This document shows positions 1 through 10,485 of a DNA stretch of 64,000 bases, piece after piece (the first letter of the stretch is position 1; each line of letters starts with the position of its first letter). The notes beneath the pieces were generated by a model, which did no database searches, had not been told where the DNA came from, and was given only the letters and a program-made list of their open reading frames with translations. Position numbers and translations under genes: made by a program. Origin of the DNA: Thermodesulfobacteriota bacterium (GTDB taxonomy: Bacteria > Desulfobacterota_D > UBA1144 > Nemesobacterales > CSP1-2); the NCBI GenBank assembly GCA_049682815.1, contig JBAUII010000068.1, forward strand, positions 4,738-68,737, given 5' to 3'.

Positions 1-1
1 C

Positions 2-2110
2 TGGCAATTCCCTACAGTCTCTATGGGACTGAGTCCGATTATGGCGATCTACCAGGCAAGGTTCAACCGTTATCTTGAGGATCGCGGGCTTAGAAAGCCA
101 TCAGACGCAAAGGTGTGGTGTTTGATGGGGGACGGAGAAACCGATGAACCTGAATCTCTGGGTGCAATTACCTTGGCAGCAAGGGAGAAATTGGATAATC
201 TGATTTTCGTAATAAATTGCAATTTGCAGAGATTGGATGGCCCCGTTCGCGGCAACGGCAAAATAATACAGGAACTTGAGACGATCTTCAGAGGAGCAGG
301 CTGGAACGTAATTAAGGTGATATGGGGAAGTGACTGGGATGCGCTGCTAGCCAAAGATCACCACGGAGTTCTCGTCAATCGTATGGAGGAAGCTGTCGAC
401 GGCGATTATCAAAAGTATATAGTCGAATCGGGGAAATACATCCGTGATCACTTTTTTGGTACTGACCCTCGGCTTTTGGAGTTGGTGAAAAACCTGTCTG
501 ATGAACAACTACAAAAACTTAGGCGAGGGGGGCATGATCCCGAAAAGGTGTATGCCGCCTTCAAGGCTGCGATAGATAATACAGGCTCACCAACTGTGAT
601 CTTGGCTAAAACAATTAAGGGTTATGGACTTGGCGAGAGCGGTGAGGGTCGGAATATAACTCATCAACAGAAGAAATTAAATGAGGAAGAGCTCAGGGAA
701 TTTCGAACTCGTTTTGGTATTCCTATCTCTGATGAAGAAGTTTCCAAGGCGCCATTCTATAAGCCTCCCGATGATAGTCCCGAAATCAAATATCTTCATG
801 AAAGGCGGAAGGAACTCGGCGGATATATACCTGATAGGTCGGTTAACTACGAGCCTCTCAAGACTCCTTCTGAAAAGCTTTTTGAAGAATTTCATAAGGG
901 ATCCGGTGATAGAGGTGTTGCAACGACTATGGCATTCGTAAGAATGCTTTCTAAGTTGCTCAAAGATGAACAGATTGGGAAACTGATAGTTCCTATTATC
1001 CCGGATGAGGCTCGTACTTTTGGGATGGAATCTCTATTTCGCCAAGTTGGCATTTACTCTCATGTTGGACAACTCTATGAGCCTGTTGATAAGGATACCC
1101 TTCTCTATTATAAGGAGGCCCTCGATGGGCAGATTCTCGAAGAGGGTATTACGGAGGCTGGTTCAATGTCCTCATTTATTGCAGCGGGCACCGCATATGC
1201 CACTCACGGTATAAACATGATACCTTTCTTCGTTTTTTATTCCATGTTTGGTTTTCAAAGAATTGGCGATCTTATGTGGGCTGCCGGTGACATGAGGTGT
1301 CGCGGATTTTTGATTGGCGGAACCTCCGGTCGCACGACATTGGCCGGCGAAGGGTTGCAACACCAGGATGGTCACAGCCACCTCTTAGCGTATTCTGTCC
1401 CAAACTTAAAGACCTACGATCCAGCATTCGCTTACGAGATAGCCGTAATCATAAGGGACGGTATACGTCGTATGTATGAAGAGCAGCAGGACATATTCTA
1501 TTATCTGACCGTAATGAATGAACCCTATCTTCAGCCCCCCATGCCCAAAGGGATAAAGGAGGGTATTTTGAAGGGAATGTACAAGGTTAAGGCATCTGAA
1601 AACACAGACGCTAAGCGCCACGCCCAGATACTTGGAAGCGGGTCAATCCTGAATGAATCCCTTAAGGCCCAGAAGATCCTTGAAGAAAGGTATGGAGTAG
1701 CCGCCGATGTTTGGAGCGTGACCAGTTATAAGGAACTCTATAGGGATGGCCTAGATGTTGAGAGATGGAACATGTTGCATCCGTCGGAGATAAACAAAAT
1801 ACCGTACATTACTCAATGCCTTGGCGACGCACCCGGTGTTTTCGTTGCCGCTACCGATTATGTGAAGGCACTCCCAGATTCTATCTCCCAATGGCTTCCA
1901 CGGCCCCTTGTCTCACTGGGAACAGACGGCTTTGGCAGAAGCGGTAGTCGATCTGCCCTGCGTGACTTTTTCGAAGTTGATTCTAGGTTTATAACTTTGG
2001 CGACTCTTGCTGCACTCGCGCGAGAGAAAAAAATCAATACGGATATAGTTCAAAACGCTATAAAAGACCTAGAAATCGAGCCAAACAAACTAAATCCAAT
2101 GATTTCTTGA
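2..2110 (+). CDS. aceE: Pyruvate dehydrogenase E1 component, homodimeric (AceE-type), C-terminal ~695 aa; 5' end lies outside the window
   Basis: The ORF is open to the window start in frame 2. It has the long single-chain E1 architecture with a ThDP-binding region (GDGE...NCN). It is followed directly by E2 and E3 genes. Confidence 0.85.
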   Translation, partial: WQFPTVSMGLSPIMAIYQARFNRYLEDRGLRKPSDAKVWCLMGDGETDEPESLGAITLAAREKLDNLIFVINCNLQRLDGPVRGNGKIIQELETIFRGAGWNVIKVIWGSDWDALLAKDHHGVLVNRMEEAVDGDYQKYIVESGKYIRDHFFGTDPRLLELVKNLSDEQLQKLRRGGHDPEKVYAAFKAAIDNTGSPTVILAKTIKGYGLGESGEGRNITHQQKKLNEEELREFRTRFGIPISDEEVSKAPFYKPPDDSPEIKYLHERRKELGGYIPDRSVNYEPLKTPSEKLFEEFHKGSGDRGVATTMAFVRMLSKLLKDEQIGKLIVPIIPDEARTFGMESLFRQVGIYSHVGQLYEPVDKDTLLYYKEALDGQILEEGITEAGSMSSFIAAGTAYATHGINMIPFFVFYSMFGFQRIGDLMWAAGDMRCRGFLIGGTSGRTTLAGEGLQHQDGHSHLLAYSVPNLKTYDPAFAYEIAVIIRDGIRRMYEEQQDIFYYLTVMNEPYLQPPMPKGIKEGILKGMYKVKASENTDAKRHAQILGSGSILNESLKAQKILEERYGVAADVWSVTSYKELYRDGLDVERWNMLHPSEINKIPYITQCLGDAPGVFVAATDYVKALPDSISQWLPRPLVSLGTDGFGRSGSRSALRDFFEVDSRFITLATLAALAREKKINTDIVQNAIKDLEIEPNKLNPMIS

Positions 2111-2125
2111 TACTGACGATGACCT

Positions 2126-3532
2126 ATGGTGACTGAATTCAGATTGCCTGAGCTGGGCGAAGATATAGCGACAGGGGACGTCATAAACGTTTATGTCTCT
2201 GTCGGTGATAAAATCTCGAAAGACCAGCCCATTATGGAAATTGAAACAGACAAGGCGACGATTGAGGTTCCGGCACCTGTAAGTGGTGTTATAACTGGAG
2301 TGCACGTAAAGGAGGGAGAAACGATAAATATAGGACAATTATTAGTTACCATAGATGAATCTGGGGAAGAAGAAAAAGAAGCGCCCGAAGTTAAAGAAGC
2401 GATTCAGGAAGAAGTAGAAGTATCAGCCGAAGAAAAGATTGAAGCTAAAAAGAAGAAGACGGTAGAGAAGATTGCGGAAGTAAAAACTGAAGCTGAACCA
2501 AAAGGAAAAGACGAGACAGAGATTGAAGAAAAAGAATACGAAGAAGAAGCAGCCTCGAAGGAAGAAGAGGGCAAAGTCGTAGAATTTGCTCGATCGTCTC
2601 AAGCAGGTGTCGAGAAACAGGCTCCAAGAAAACTCGTCCCGGCCTCACCGTCGGTTCGCAGATTGGCTCGTGAGATCGGAGTGGATATCAATCAGATTAA
2701 GGGTTCAGGTGCGGGGGGACGGATTTCGGAAGAAGATGTAAAAAATTATGCAAGCAAAGAGATTTCAAAGACTGGCCCAGAAGAAATTCAAGTGGGAAAA
2801 GCAGATATATCTTTACCTGATTTTACAAAATGGGGAGAAATAGAGCGGAAGCAGATGTCCAAGGTAAGACGACTAACGGCAGAGCGGATGACATCTGCCT
2901 GGCGGGCGCCTCATGTAACCCAGCATGACAAGGCCGATATTACGGAGTTAGAGAAAACAAGGAAGCTCTTCGGCAGGGAAACAGAAAACGCCGGTGGAAA
3001 ACTGACTGTCACCGCTATTTTAATCAAGGTAGTCGGCTCTGCGCTTAAGATCTTCCCTCAATTCAACGCCAGCGTAGATATGACAAACAGCGAGGTAATC
3101 TACAAGAAATATTATAACATCGCCGTCGCAGTGGACACCGACAGAGGACTTCTAGCACCCGTCATAAAGAATGTGGATAAGAAGAATTTGATTGGAATTT
3201 CCTCAGAGCTTACGCAATTGTCCGAAAAAGCGAGGAATAAGAAAATCACGGTCGAAGAATTGCAGGGAGGGACTTTCACCATTAGCAATCTTGGCGGACT
3301 CGGGGGCACTTATTTTACACCGGTTATCTATTCTCCGGATGTTGCTCTGCTTGGGGTATCGCGCTCTAAAATAGAACCGGTCTTTATTGACGACAAATTT
3401 GAGCCTCGCCTAATGTTACCGCTTTCACTATCTTATGATCACCGAATTATAGATGGCGCAGATGCAGTTCGATTCTTGCGGTGGATTGTCGAAGCCTTGG
3501 AAGAGCCTTTCAAGCTTGTACTTGAAGGATGA
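2126..3532 (+). CDS. aceF: Dihydrolipoamide acetyltransferase (E2) of the pyruvate dehydrogenase complex
   Basis: N-terminal lipoyl domain (IETDKATIEVPAP). A long Glu/Lys/Ala-rich linker. Peripheral subunit-binding domain (SPSVRRLAREIGVD). C-terminal 2-oxoacid acyltransferase catalytic domain with the DHRIIDGA motif. Confidence 0.85.
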   Translation: MVTEFRLPELGEDIATGDVINVYVSVGDKISKDQPIMEIETDKATIEVPAPVSGVITGVHVKEGETINIGQLLVTIDESGEEEKEAPEVKEAIQEEVEVSAEEKIEAKKKKTVEKIAEVKTEAEPKGKDETEIEEKEYEEEAASKEEEGKVVEFARSSQAGVEKQAPRKLVPASPSVRRLAREIGVDINQIKGSGAGGRISEEDVKNYASKEISKTGPEEIQVGKADISLPDFTKWGEIERKQMSKVRRLTAERMTSAWRAPHVTQHDKADITELEKTRKLFGRETENAGGKLTVTAILIKVVGSALKIFPQFNASVDMTNSEVIYKKYYNIAVAVDTDRGLLAPVIKNVDKKNLIGISSELTQLSEKARNKKITVEELQGGTFTISNLGGLGGTYFTPVIYSPDVALLGVSRSKIEPVFIDDKFEPRLMLPLSLSYDHRIIDGADAVRFLRWIVEALEEPFKLVLEG

Positions 3533-3669
3533 ATTTATTCAGCCACATATACACACGAAAATTACTTATATACAGCATAATTATCTTAAATTAAATAATT
3601 GGATTTATGTCAATTAGTGAAAATTCGTGCTAATCTGTGGCTTCAATTTTATCTTTTCAAATTGAAGTG

Positions 3670-5106
3670 ATGAGTAAAGAAATGAAATCAACACAAGTTG
3701 CCGTTATAGGTGGTGGACCAGGTGGTTATCCCGCCGCTTTCCTGGCTGCCGATCTTGGATTGAAGGTGACTTTAATCGACAACGAAGCTAACCCGGGAGG
3801 GGTATGCCTTTACCGCGGGTGCATACCTTCCAAGGCGCTGTTACATGCTGCAAGAGTGATAACCGAAGCAAAGGAGGCGTCAAACTGGGGGATCGGCTTT
3901 TTGGAGCCTGTTATAGATATCGATAAACTTCGTAATTGGAAGGATAACGTGGTTCAAAAGATGACGGGCGGGCTCGGTCAGCTATCAAAGCATCGGAGGA
4001 TCACCTACATACAGGGTCACGCCAAATTCTCGGATAAGAAGACTCTAAAGATACAGAATCAAAATGGAAGCGAATTATTAAGCTTCGAGAATGCAATCAT
4101 AGCTACCGGTTCGCGCCCTGCCAATCTTCCCAATCTTCCAATCGATTCTCGGCGCATACTCGATTCTACAACTGGGTTGGAATTGCCGGAAATTCCCAAG
4201 AATATGCTTATAGTGGGAGGAGGCTACATAGGGCTTGAACTCGGAACCGTCTATGCGGCGCTTGGCACGAAGGTCTCTGTTGTGGAAATGACATCAGGTT
4301 TAATGCCGGGTGTTGATCGGGACCTTGTCTTGGTTCTTTCAAAGAGGTTGGAGAAGATTTTTGAGTCCATCATGCTGGACACCAAGGTAGTCGATATGAA
4401 TGAAGAGAAATCTGGAATGAGGGTCAAACTTGAGGGCTCCAATGTTAAAGGCAGCGAACAGATATTCGATAAGGTTCTGGTCTCGGTCGGAAGAAGGCCG
4501 AATTCTGAGAGTCTCGGTCTGGAAAATACGCGTATAAAAACCGATCCGGAAGGCTTCATCGAGGTTGACGAGCAGCGAAGGACTTCTGAACCCACGATAT
4601 TTGCGATAGGGGATGTTGCGGGCGAGCCGATGCTGGCACACAAGGCAACGCATGAGGGTAGGGTAGCAGCAGAGGTGATTGCGGGATACAACGTCGCTTT
4701 TGAGCCCAATGCAATACCGGCGGTGGTATTCACAGACCCCGAGATAGCCTGGTGCGGTTTGACTGAGACAAACGCGAAAACGGAAAATCGTCCGGTAAAA
4801 ATTGCCCGGTTCCCTTGGGGGGCTTCCGGCAGGGCAACGACCCTGGATCGAAACGACGGAGTGACCAAGCTGATAGTAGACCCGGAGACTGAACAGATCC
4901 TGGGAGTAGGTATTGTCGGAACAGGAGCCGGGGAATTGATCGCAGAGGGGGTATTGGCCGTCGAAATGGAAGCGAATGTGTCAGACCTTAAGTTGACGAT
5001 ACACCCTCATCCGACCCTTTCAGAGACGATTATGGAGTCCGCTGAGGTTTTTTTCGGACAGAGCACGCACATCTATCGTCCTAAAAAGATTAAAATGGAA
5101 AAGTGA
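3670..5106 (+). CDS. lpdA: Dihydrolipoyl dehydrogenase (E3)
   Basis: FAD-binding GGGPGGY motif. Redox-active disulfide motif CLYRGCIPSK. C-terminal dimerisation region HPHPTLSE. The start is ambiguous: the ORF opens at 3637 and the in-frame ATG at 3670 is chosen. Confidence 0.85.
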   Translation: MSKEMKSTQVAVIGGGPGGYPAAFLAADLGLKVTLIDNEANPGGVCLYRGCIPSKALLHAARVITEAKEASNWGIGFLEPVIDIDKLRNWKDNVVQKMTGGLGQLSKHRRITYIQGHAKFSDKKTLKIQNQNGSELLSFENAIIATGSRPANLPNLPIDSRRILDSTTGLELPEIPKNMLIVGGGYIGLELGTVYAALGTKVSVVEMTSGLMPGVDRDLVLVLSKRLEKIFESIMLDTKVVDMNEEKSGMRVKLEGSNVKGSEQIFDKVLVSVGRRPNSESLGLENTRIKTDPEGFIEVDEQRRTSEPTIFAIGDVAGEPMLAHKATHEGRVAAEVIAGYNVAFEPNAIPAVVFTDPEIAWCGLTETNAKTENRPVKIARFPWGASGRATTLDRNDGVTKLIVDPETEQILGVGIVGTGAGELIAEGVLAVEMEANVSDLKLTIHPHPTLSETIMESAEVFFGQSTHIYRPKKIKMEK

Positions 5107-5332
5107 TATATTGCGTGGATAGCCTTTGGTTAAGTAAGCTTTCCCATAAATTAAATCCTTCACGTATCTTCGTGGAGTCAGGCACTGTAGTGACATAATC
5201 CGTATCTTATGCGAGAATCGTTTTCGTTGAATTTTTTGTGTGTGAATAATATAATATATGGTCACGTCATTCTTTTTTCTGGGGGATGCTTACTCAAAGC
5301 AAGTTCCCGAAAAAAATTAGGAAATTAACGGC

Positions 5333-8300
5333 ATGAGGTGGGTCTCCGAAAATAAGGTTTACTTCCGGTTCGGAATTTCCGTACTTTGTCTAGTCATAAT
5401 CGTCTTCTTATCCTACCGGTCTACGTCCCAACAAATTAAGAATGAAGCTGCAGAAGATCAAACATATGAGGCACTTATAAAACTCCAACTTATATTCTCA
5501 TATCTAAAAGATGCCGAAAGCGGAGCACGGGGCTATGTTATCACTGGGATAGAATCCAATCTGGAGCAGTATTTTCATGCACAACAGAAAATTGAAAGGG
5601 AAATTAGTGAAACTCGCCGCGCCTTAGGCGATAGTCCGAGCTTACTTTTGAACTTAGTTCGCCTTGAATCTCTGATTTCGGAAAGACTAAATTTGATTAA
5701 CCAGACTATTGAGCTTAGGAAGAAATATGGATTTGAGGCAGCAAAGCAATTGTTAATGAAAGGTAGAGGAAATGAACTTTCGGATTATATCCGAGATGCG
5801 ATCAATCAGATCGAGAACGAAGGAATCACGTTGTTGAGAAGTCGAGTGGGTGAAGAAGAGGAAAGTAAAAGACTCATGATCTTGGTCTATGCGGTGGGAA
5901 TCCTTCTGGCTATTCTATTCGCCGGATTATCAATCACCACCATCAGACGCGACCTCACCAAGCACAGGCAGGCTGAGACAGAACACCAAACTCGTGAAAA
6001 GCATCAGCAAGCCCTGGTTGAACTAGGTCAAGTTGCACTAGGAGGTACCGACCTCTTAATGCTGATGAATGAGGCTGTATCGCAGGTTGCCAAAACCCTT
6101 GAGGTAGAATATGTCAAGATTTTGGAGCTCCAACCAGACAGCGACTCTTTGCTGCTTCGAGCGGGTGTGGGATGGAAAGATGGATTAGTAGGCCATGCGA
6201 CGATTGGTGTAGGTGTTGAATCGCAGGGGGGCTTTACTCTCGTTTCCAAAGAGCCAGTGATTATGGATGACATTATCAAGGAAAACAGATTTTCTGCGCC
6301 GCCACTGCTCAAAGATCATAATGTAGCGAGTGGCATAAGCACAACCATCCATGGTAAGGAAGGGCCCTATGGGGTATTGGGCGCTCACAGCGTAAGCAAA
6401 AGGACATACACGAAAGATGAAATTCACTTTCTTCAGTCTGTTGCAAATTTGATTTCTGAGGCGGTTGAGCGCAATCGCGTTCAAGATGAGCTAAGGATAA
6501 CAAATAGTATTATGGAATCGGTTAATAAGTCGTCTAAACTTGTTGGTGTTTTTGAAACTGCGATAGATAGGGTTTTGGAATTAACGGATATAAACATAGT
6601 CGGTATATATTTAATAGATGAAGCTACAAATGAGGCAGTACTTGAGGCTCACAGGGGATACAGTGGTGCATATATAGAGAGAGCGGGGAGGATACCATAT
6701 CCTAAGGGTGTGACGTGGAAGGTTATCGGCACAGGTGAGACCTATGTCGTCCAGGATGTGTCGATTGATCCATACGTTGGCGAAGCCGGTAGGGACGGTG
6801 GGTTTCAAAGCTTTCTGTCCGTGCCGATAAAAGTAGGAGAGAGAGCGATAGGTGCTATACATTTTCATAGCTTCAAGAGGAATTATTTTGGCAGAAGGGA
6901 GATAGACCTTCTCAATTCTATAGGGACACAGATTGCAATAGCGGTATCGAAGGCAAAACAGACTGAGGACTTGAAGTTAATCAATGAAGATCTACATACT
7001 CTAAATGTAATAACTACATCTGTTCATAAGTCTTTAAATCTTGAAGAGGTATTAAATATTGCTCTGGACAAGGTGGTGGAGATAACCGAGTTTGATATCA
7101 TCATGGTTTATCTTGTGGATGACGAAACTAACGAGGCGGTGCTAAAGGTACACAGGGGTCTTACAGAAGACTATATAGAGAGGGCAGGGAGGATAGCATA
7201 TCCAAAGGGTGTGACATGGAGGGTTATCAAGTCGGGCGAGCCTCACTATAGTGAAGATGTTCAAAAAGACCCTGACCTTGGTCCTGCCGGTAAGGCATTG
7301 GGTCACCATACTCACGTGTCAGTGCCTATGATACAGGAAAATAAAACAATAGGCGTAGTAAATTTTGCAAGTCGAAGGGTGTTAGGGCTTAGTTCGCGAG
7401 ATATAAATCTCCTCAATGCCATAGGGAATCAAATTGGGACATCAATGGTGCAGGCATCATTGTATGAAAGATCCCAGAAGCAATCAGAAGAGTTAAGAGG
7501 ACTATATAGGGATTTGGATGAGAGACGTAAAGACTTGGAAATAGTAAATACTATAACTCAAGCTGTGCATAAGTCCCTCGACTTGATGGAGATCTATGAG
7601 ATTGCTCTGGATTCGGTTGTTGATCTAGAAGATGTGGATATGGCAATGATTTATTTAGTGGACGAAGATAGAAAAGAGGCTATTCTCCAGGCCCAGAGAA
7701 ATCTTCCCCAGGATTACATAAATCGGGCGGGGAGGATACCATATCTCAAAGGAACTACCTGGCATGTTATTAACAAGGGGGAAGTAGTCCATATTGAAGA
7801 TATACAGAAAGATCCAACGGTCGGTCCTGCGGGTAGAGAGATAGGACATCATAGTGCATTAGGGATACCATTAAAAATAGAGGAGAAAGTTATAGGAGTG
7901 TTCTGGTTTCTGAGTTATAGGGAACATAAATTTGATAAGCAAGAGATAGATCTACTTTCTTCTATCGGAGATCAAATCGCTACAGCCATAGCAAAGGCAA
8001 AACTTTACCAAGACTCTAATAGGAGGCATGAGCAGATTGAGTTAGTGTATGAGCTTTCAAAGTCCCTAAATATGGATCTTTCCCTCGATGTAGTCCTAAG
8101 TAAGATAATCGAAGTTGCAAGGCAATTAGTAAAGGCTCGTTATTCCGCATTGGCAATATTTGATGAAAATAACAAAATAAGCCGATTTACCACTAACCTA
8201 ACGCCTGAAGAGATCAATTTAATTGGAACGTTACCTGAGGGGAAGGGTCTCTTGGGAGAGTTATTCAGAGACGGTAAATTATTGCGTTTGGACGATATCA

Positions 8301-9271
8301 CAAAGCACCCCAGAGCCGTTGGATTTCCCCCTAATCACCCTCCTATGAAAACCCTTTTGGGTGCACCTATTATAATGAAAGGACATACCATAGGCGCCCT
8401 TTACTTAACAGAAAAGGAAGGTGGTATGCCATTTGACAAGGATGACGCGGAACTCGTCGGGACCCTTTGCTCTGCAGCAGGGATTTCATTAGAGAATGCA
8501 AGGCTGTTTAAGAAGATTGCCGACTCGGAAAGTGAATTAAAAGAGGCGAATGAGAGACTCTTGGAACTCGACGAAATGAAAGACGAATTTATATCGATGG
8601 CATCACACGAGCTCAGGACTCCTCTAACCGCCATCAACTCCTTCATTTCTATGCTGTTAGACGGGGACTACGGCAGTCTACCCCCGGAAGCAGTGGAAGC
8701 ATTGGCAGACATGAATACGGCTGCAAAACGATTAATAGGTTTGACTAATTATATGCTGGACGTATCAAGGATTGAGGAGGGAAGATTACAATTCAAAATA
8801 TTCGATTTCGATATTGGGGAAGTTTGTGAAAAGGTAATAAATGACCTAACACCTATAGCCGAGGGGAAAGGGCTAACGATAGAATACCAGAAACCACCGT
8901 TGGGAGGAACGCTGCTGGTGTCAGGCGACAAGTTTAGAGTTGAACAGATTATTGTTAACCTTATCGACAATGCTTTGAAATATACGGATAGCGGGAGCGT
9001 CGCTATAAGTCACCACGATAATGGCCCCCTTATAACTACCCATGTGATTGATACAGGAATCGGAGTCCCACAACAACATCAAAAGCTTCTTTTTCAAAAG
9101 TTTCGTGCGGTACATCATTCGCTTTCGGACCAATATAAAGGGGGGACAGGCATGGGTCTCTATATATGCAAGCTGTTACTTAGTGAAATGAAGGGTGATA
9201 TATTGCTCGAAAAAAGTGAATTGGGACAGGGAAGCACATTTTCCTTTTCCCTACCAAAAGCCAAGACCTAG
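5333..9271 (+). CDS. Large multi-sensor hybrid-type histidine kinase: N-terminal CHASE3-like periplasmic domain, TM, five GAF domains (three near-identical tandem copies), HisKA and HATPase_c
   Basis: A TM helix at the N-terminus, a CHASE3-like segment, and a second TM around residue 190. Repeated GAF signatures (ERAGRIPYPKGVTW..; IGV.NF.S). HisKA H-box MASHELRTPLTAI. G1/G2 boxes near the C-terminus (IDTGIGVP, GGTGMGL). Confidence 0.8.
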   Translation: MRWVSENKVYFRFGISVLCLVIIVFLSYRSTSQQIKNEAAEDQTYEALIKLQLIFSYLKDAESGARGYVITGIESNLEQYFHAQQKIEREISETRRALGDSPSLLLNLVRLESLISERLNLINQTIELRKKYGFEAAKQLLMKGRGNELSDYIRDAINQIENEGITLLRSRVGEEEESKRLMILVYAVGILLAILFAGLSITTIRRDLTKHRQAETEHQTREKHQQALVELGQVALGGTDLLMLMNEAVSQVAKTLEVEYVKILELQPDSDSLLLRAGVGWKDGLVGHATIGVGVESQGGFTLVSKEPVIMDDIIKENRFSAPPLLKDHNVASGISTTIHGKEGPYGVLGAHSVSKRTYTKDEIHFLQSVANLISEAVERNRVQDELRITNSIMESVNKSSKLVGVFETAIDRVLELTDINIVGIYLIDEATNEAVLEAHRGYSGAYIERAGRIPYPKGVTWKVIGTGETYVVQDVSIDPYVGEAGRDGGFQSFLSVPIKVGERAIGAIHFHSFKRNYFGRREIDLLNSIGTQIAIAVSKAKQTEDLKLINEDLHTLNVITTSVHKSLNLEEVLNIALDKVVEITEFDIIMVYLVDDETNEAVLKVHRGLTEDYIERAGRIAYPKGVTWRVIKSGEPHYSEDVQKDPDLGPAGKALGHHTHVSVPMIQENKTIGVVNFASRRVLGLSSRDINLLNAIGNQIGTSMVQASLYERSQKQSEELRGLYRDLDERRKDLEIVNTITQAVHKSLDLMEIYEIALDSVVDLEDVDMAMIYLVDEDRKEAILQAQRNLPQDYINRAGRIPYLKGTTWHVINKGEVVHIEDIQKDPTVGPAGREIGHHSALGIPLKIEEKVIGVFWFLSYREHKFDKQEIDLLSSIGDQIATAIAKAKLYQDSNRRHEQIELVYELSKSLNMDLSLDVVLSKIIEVARQLVKARYSALAIFDENNKISRFTTNLTPEEINLIGTLPEGKGLLGELFRDGKLLRLDDITKHPRAVGFPPNHPPMKTLLGAPIIMKGHTIGALYLTEKEGGMPFDKDDAELVGTLCSAAGISLENARLFKKIADSESELKEANERLLELDEMKDEFISMASHELRTPLTAINSFISMLLDGDYGSLPPEAVEALADMNTAAKRLIGLTNYMLDVSRIEEGRLQFKIFDFDIGEVCEKVINDLTPIAEGKGLTIEYQKPPLGGTLLVSGDKFRVEQIIVNLIDNALKYTDSGSVAISHHDNGPLITTHVIDTGIGVPQQHQKLLFQKFRAVHHSLSDQYKGGTGMGLYICKLLLSEMKGDILLEKSELGQGSTFSFSLPKAKT

Positions 9272-9421
9272 GTTGATCTAGATTGATAACGCCTTTTAAA
9301 AATTGAGTAAGAACTGGAATCTTAAAGTTTTTATGAAGTATAAAACTTTTGGAAGGTTATAAGAGATGATGCATTAAGGGCTTCTTTGAGATAATATAAA
9401 ATAGGAGGTGAAAGTTTTAAG

Positions 9422-9787
9422 ATGGCAAAAATTTTACTTGTTGAAGATGACGAGCTCCTCATTAAGGCATACAGAAGAAAGCTCGAGATAGCACAATATG
9501 AAGTAGAGACAGCCGTCGATGGGGTAGAAGGATTAGAAAAGGCAAAACAATTAAAACCAGATTTAATCCTACTTGACATTCTTATGCCCCGACTTAATGG
9601 AATAGAGGTCTTAAAAAGGATTAAGGCCGATCCTGAACTAAAAGCAATACCGGTTATAGCGCTCACCAACGTAGCAAGTAGTGAGAATACAGAGGAGTGC
9701 TTGCGGGCAGGATGTGTAAGTTACATTATTAAAAGTGGCACTATTCCCAGCGATGTTCTCAAGGAGGTCAAAAGAGTTCTGGAGTGA
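9422..9787 (+). CDS. Single-domain response regulator (CheY-like receiver)
   Basis: Receiver motifs: LLVEDD, the phospho-acceptor Asp in LILLDILMP, and conserved T/K later in the domain. A strong RBS (GGAGGTG) lies 8 nt upstream. The stop overlaps the next start (ATGA). Confidence 0.8.
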   Translation: MAKILLVEDDELLIKAYRRKLEIAQYEVETAVDGVEGLEKAKQLKPDLILLDILMPRLNGIEVLKRIKADPELKAIPVIALTNVASSENTEECLRAGCVSYIIKSGTIPSDVLKEVKRVLE

Positions 9788-10410
9788 GGCTAAGCATGGA
9801 AGGTGCCGGAAAATTTAAAATCCTAATTATAGAAGACGACCCGATGATTCGGAAGGTATACCATGATAAACTCACTAAAGAGGGTTATCATGTGGACCTT
9901 GCAAGTAATGGTGAGGAGGGGATTAATAAGGCATTGAATAGCAAGCCTGATTTAGTTCTTTTAGATTTAGTCCTTCCAAAAATAAATGGTTTTTACGTTT
10001 TATCTGAACTCAGAAAAAACCCCAAGACTCTGATTACACCCATCATAATTCTAAGTAACAGAGGTAGGGAAGATGAAATAGAAAAAGGGCTGAAGCTCGG
10101 GGCGGACGATTATCTTGTAAAGGTTTTCGCAACTCCGATGCATGTCGTAGAGAAAATTCAGAAACACCTTGCAATGGCGAGATCGAGACCGTATAGCAGG
10201 CCCGGTGTTGGCAGCTACCGCGTAGCTATTGAACCTTCCAAGTTCGATGCCCCACATCTCGCACACGATTTTGGCGTTAATGATTCATATTCCTGTAATC
10301 AATGTGGAAGTCAAATATTTTTAGAAATCACATATGATCACACCTTTTCAGGTTCTGGAAATCGCTTCTTCGCACAGTTTAGTTGTCCCAGGTGTAATAA
10401 GATCTATTAA
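9784..10410 (+). CDS. Response regulator receiver domain fused to a C-terminal 4-Cys zinc-ribbon-like tail
   Basis: N-terminal receiver (ILIIEDD, LVLLDLVLP). The C-terminal ~60 aa contain CNQCGSQ...CPRCNK, suggesting a Zn ribbon. Translationally coupled to the upstream receiver. Confidence 0.7.
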   Translation: MRLSMEGAGKFKILIIEDDPMIRKVYHDKLTKEGYHVDLASNGEEGINKALNSKPDLVLLDLVLPKINGFYVLSELRKNPKTLITPIIILSNRGREDEIEKGLKLGADDYLVKVFATPMHVVEKIQKHLAMARSRPYSRPGVGSYRVAIEPSKFDAPHLAHDFGVNDSYSCNQCGSQIFLEITYDHTFSGSGNRFFAQFSCPRCNKIY

Positions 10411-10485
10411 GGACGAATAGTAACGAGGTAAAAATCTGGATTAAAACTATCCGCTGCGGGGTTTTAGGTTTTATTACATAAGGGA

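Noticed and set aside
4251-4868. 205-aa antisense ORF inside lpd, and similar antisense/shadow ORFs (e.g. 33732-34253, 39446-39982, 47799-48362)
   Set aside because: They are fully embedded opposite well-supported conserved genes, have low-complexity Ser/Pro/Ala-rich translations and no motifs. These are typical shadow ORFs.
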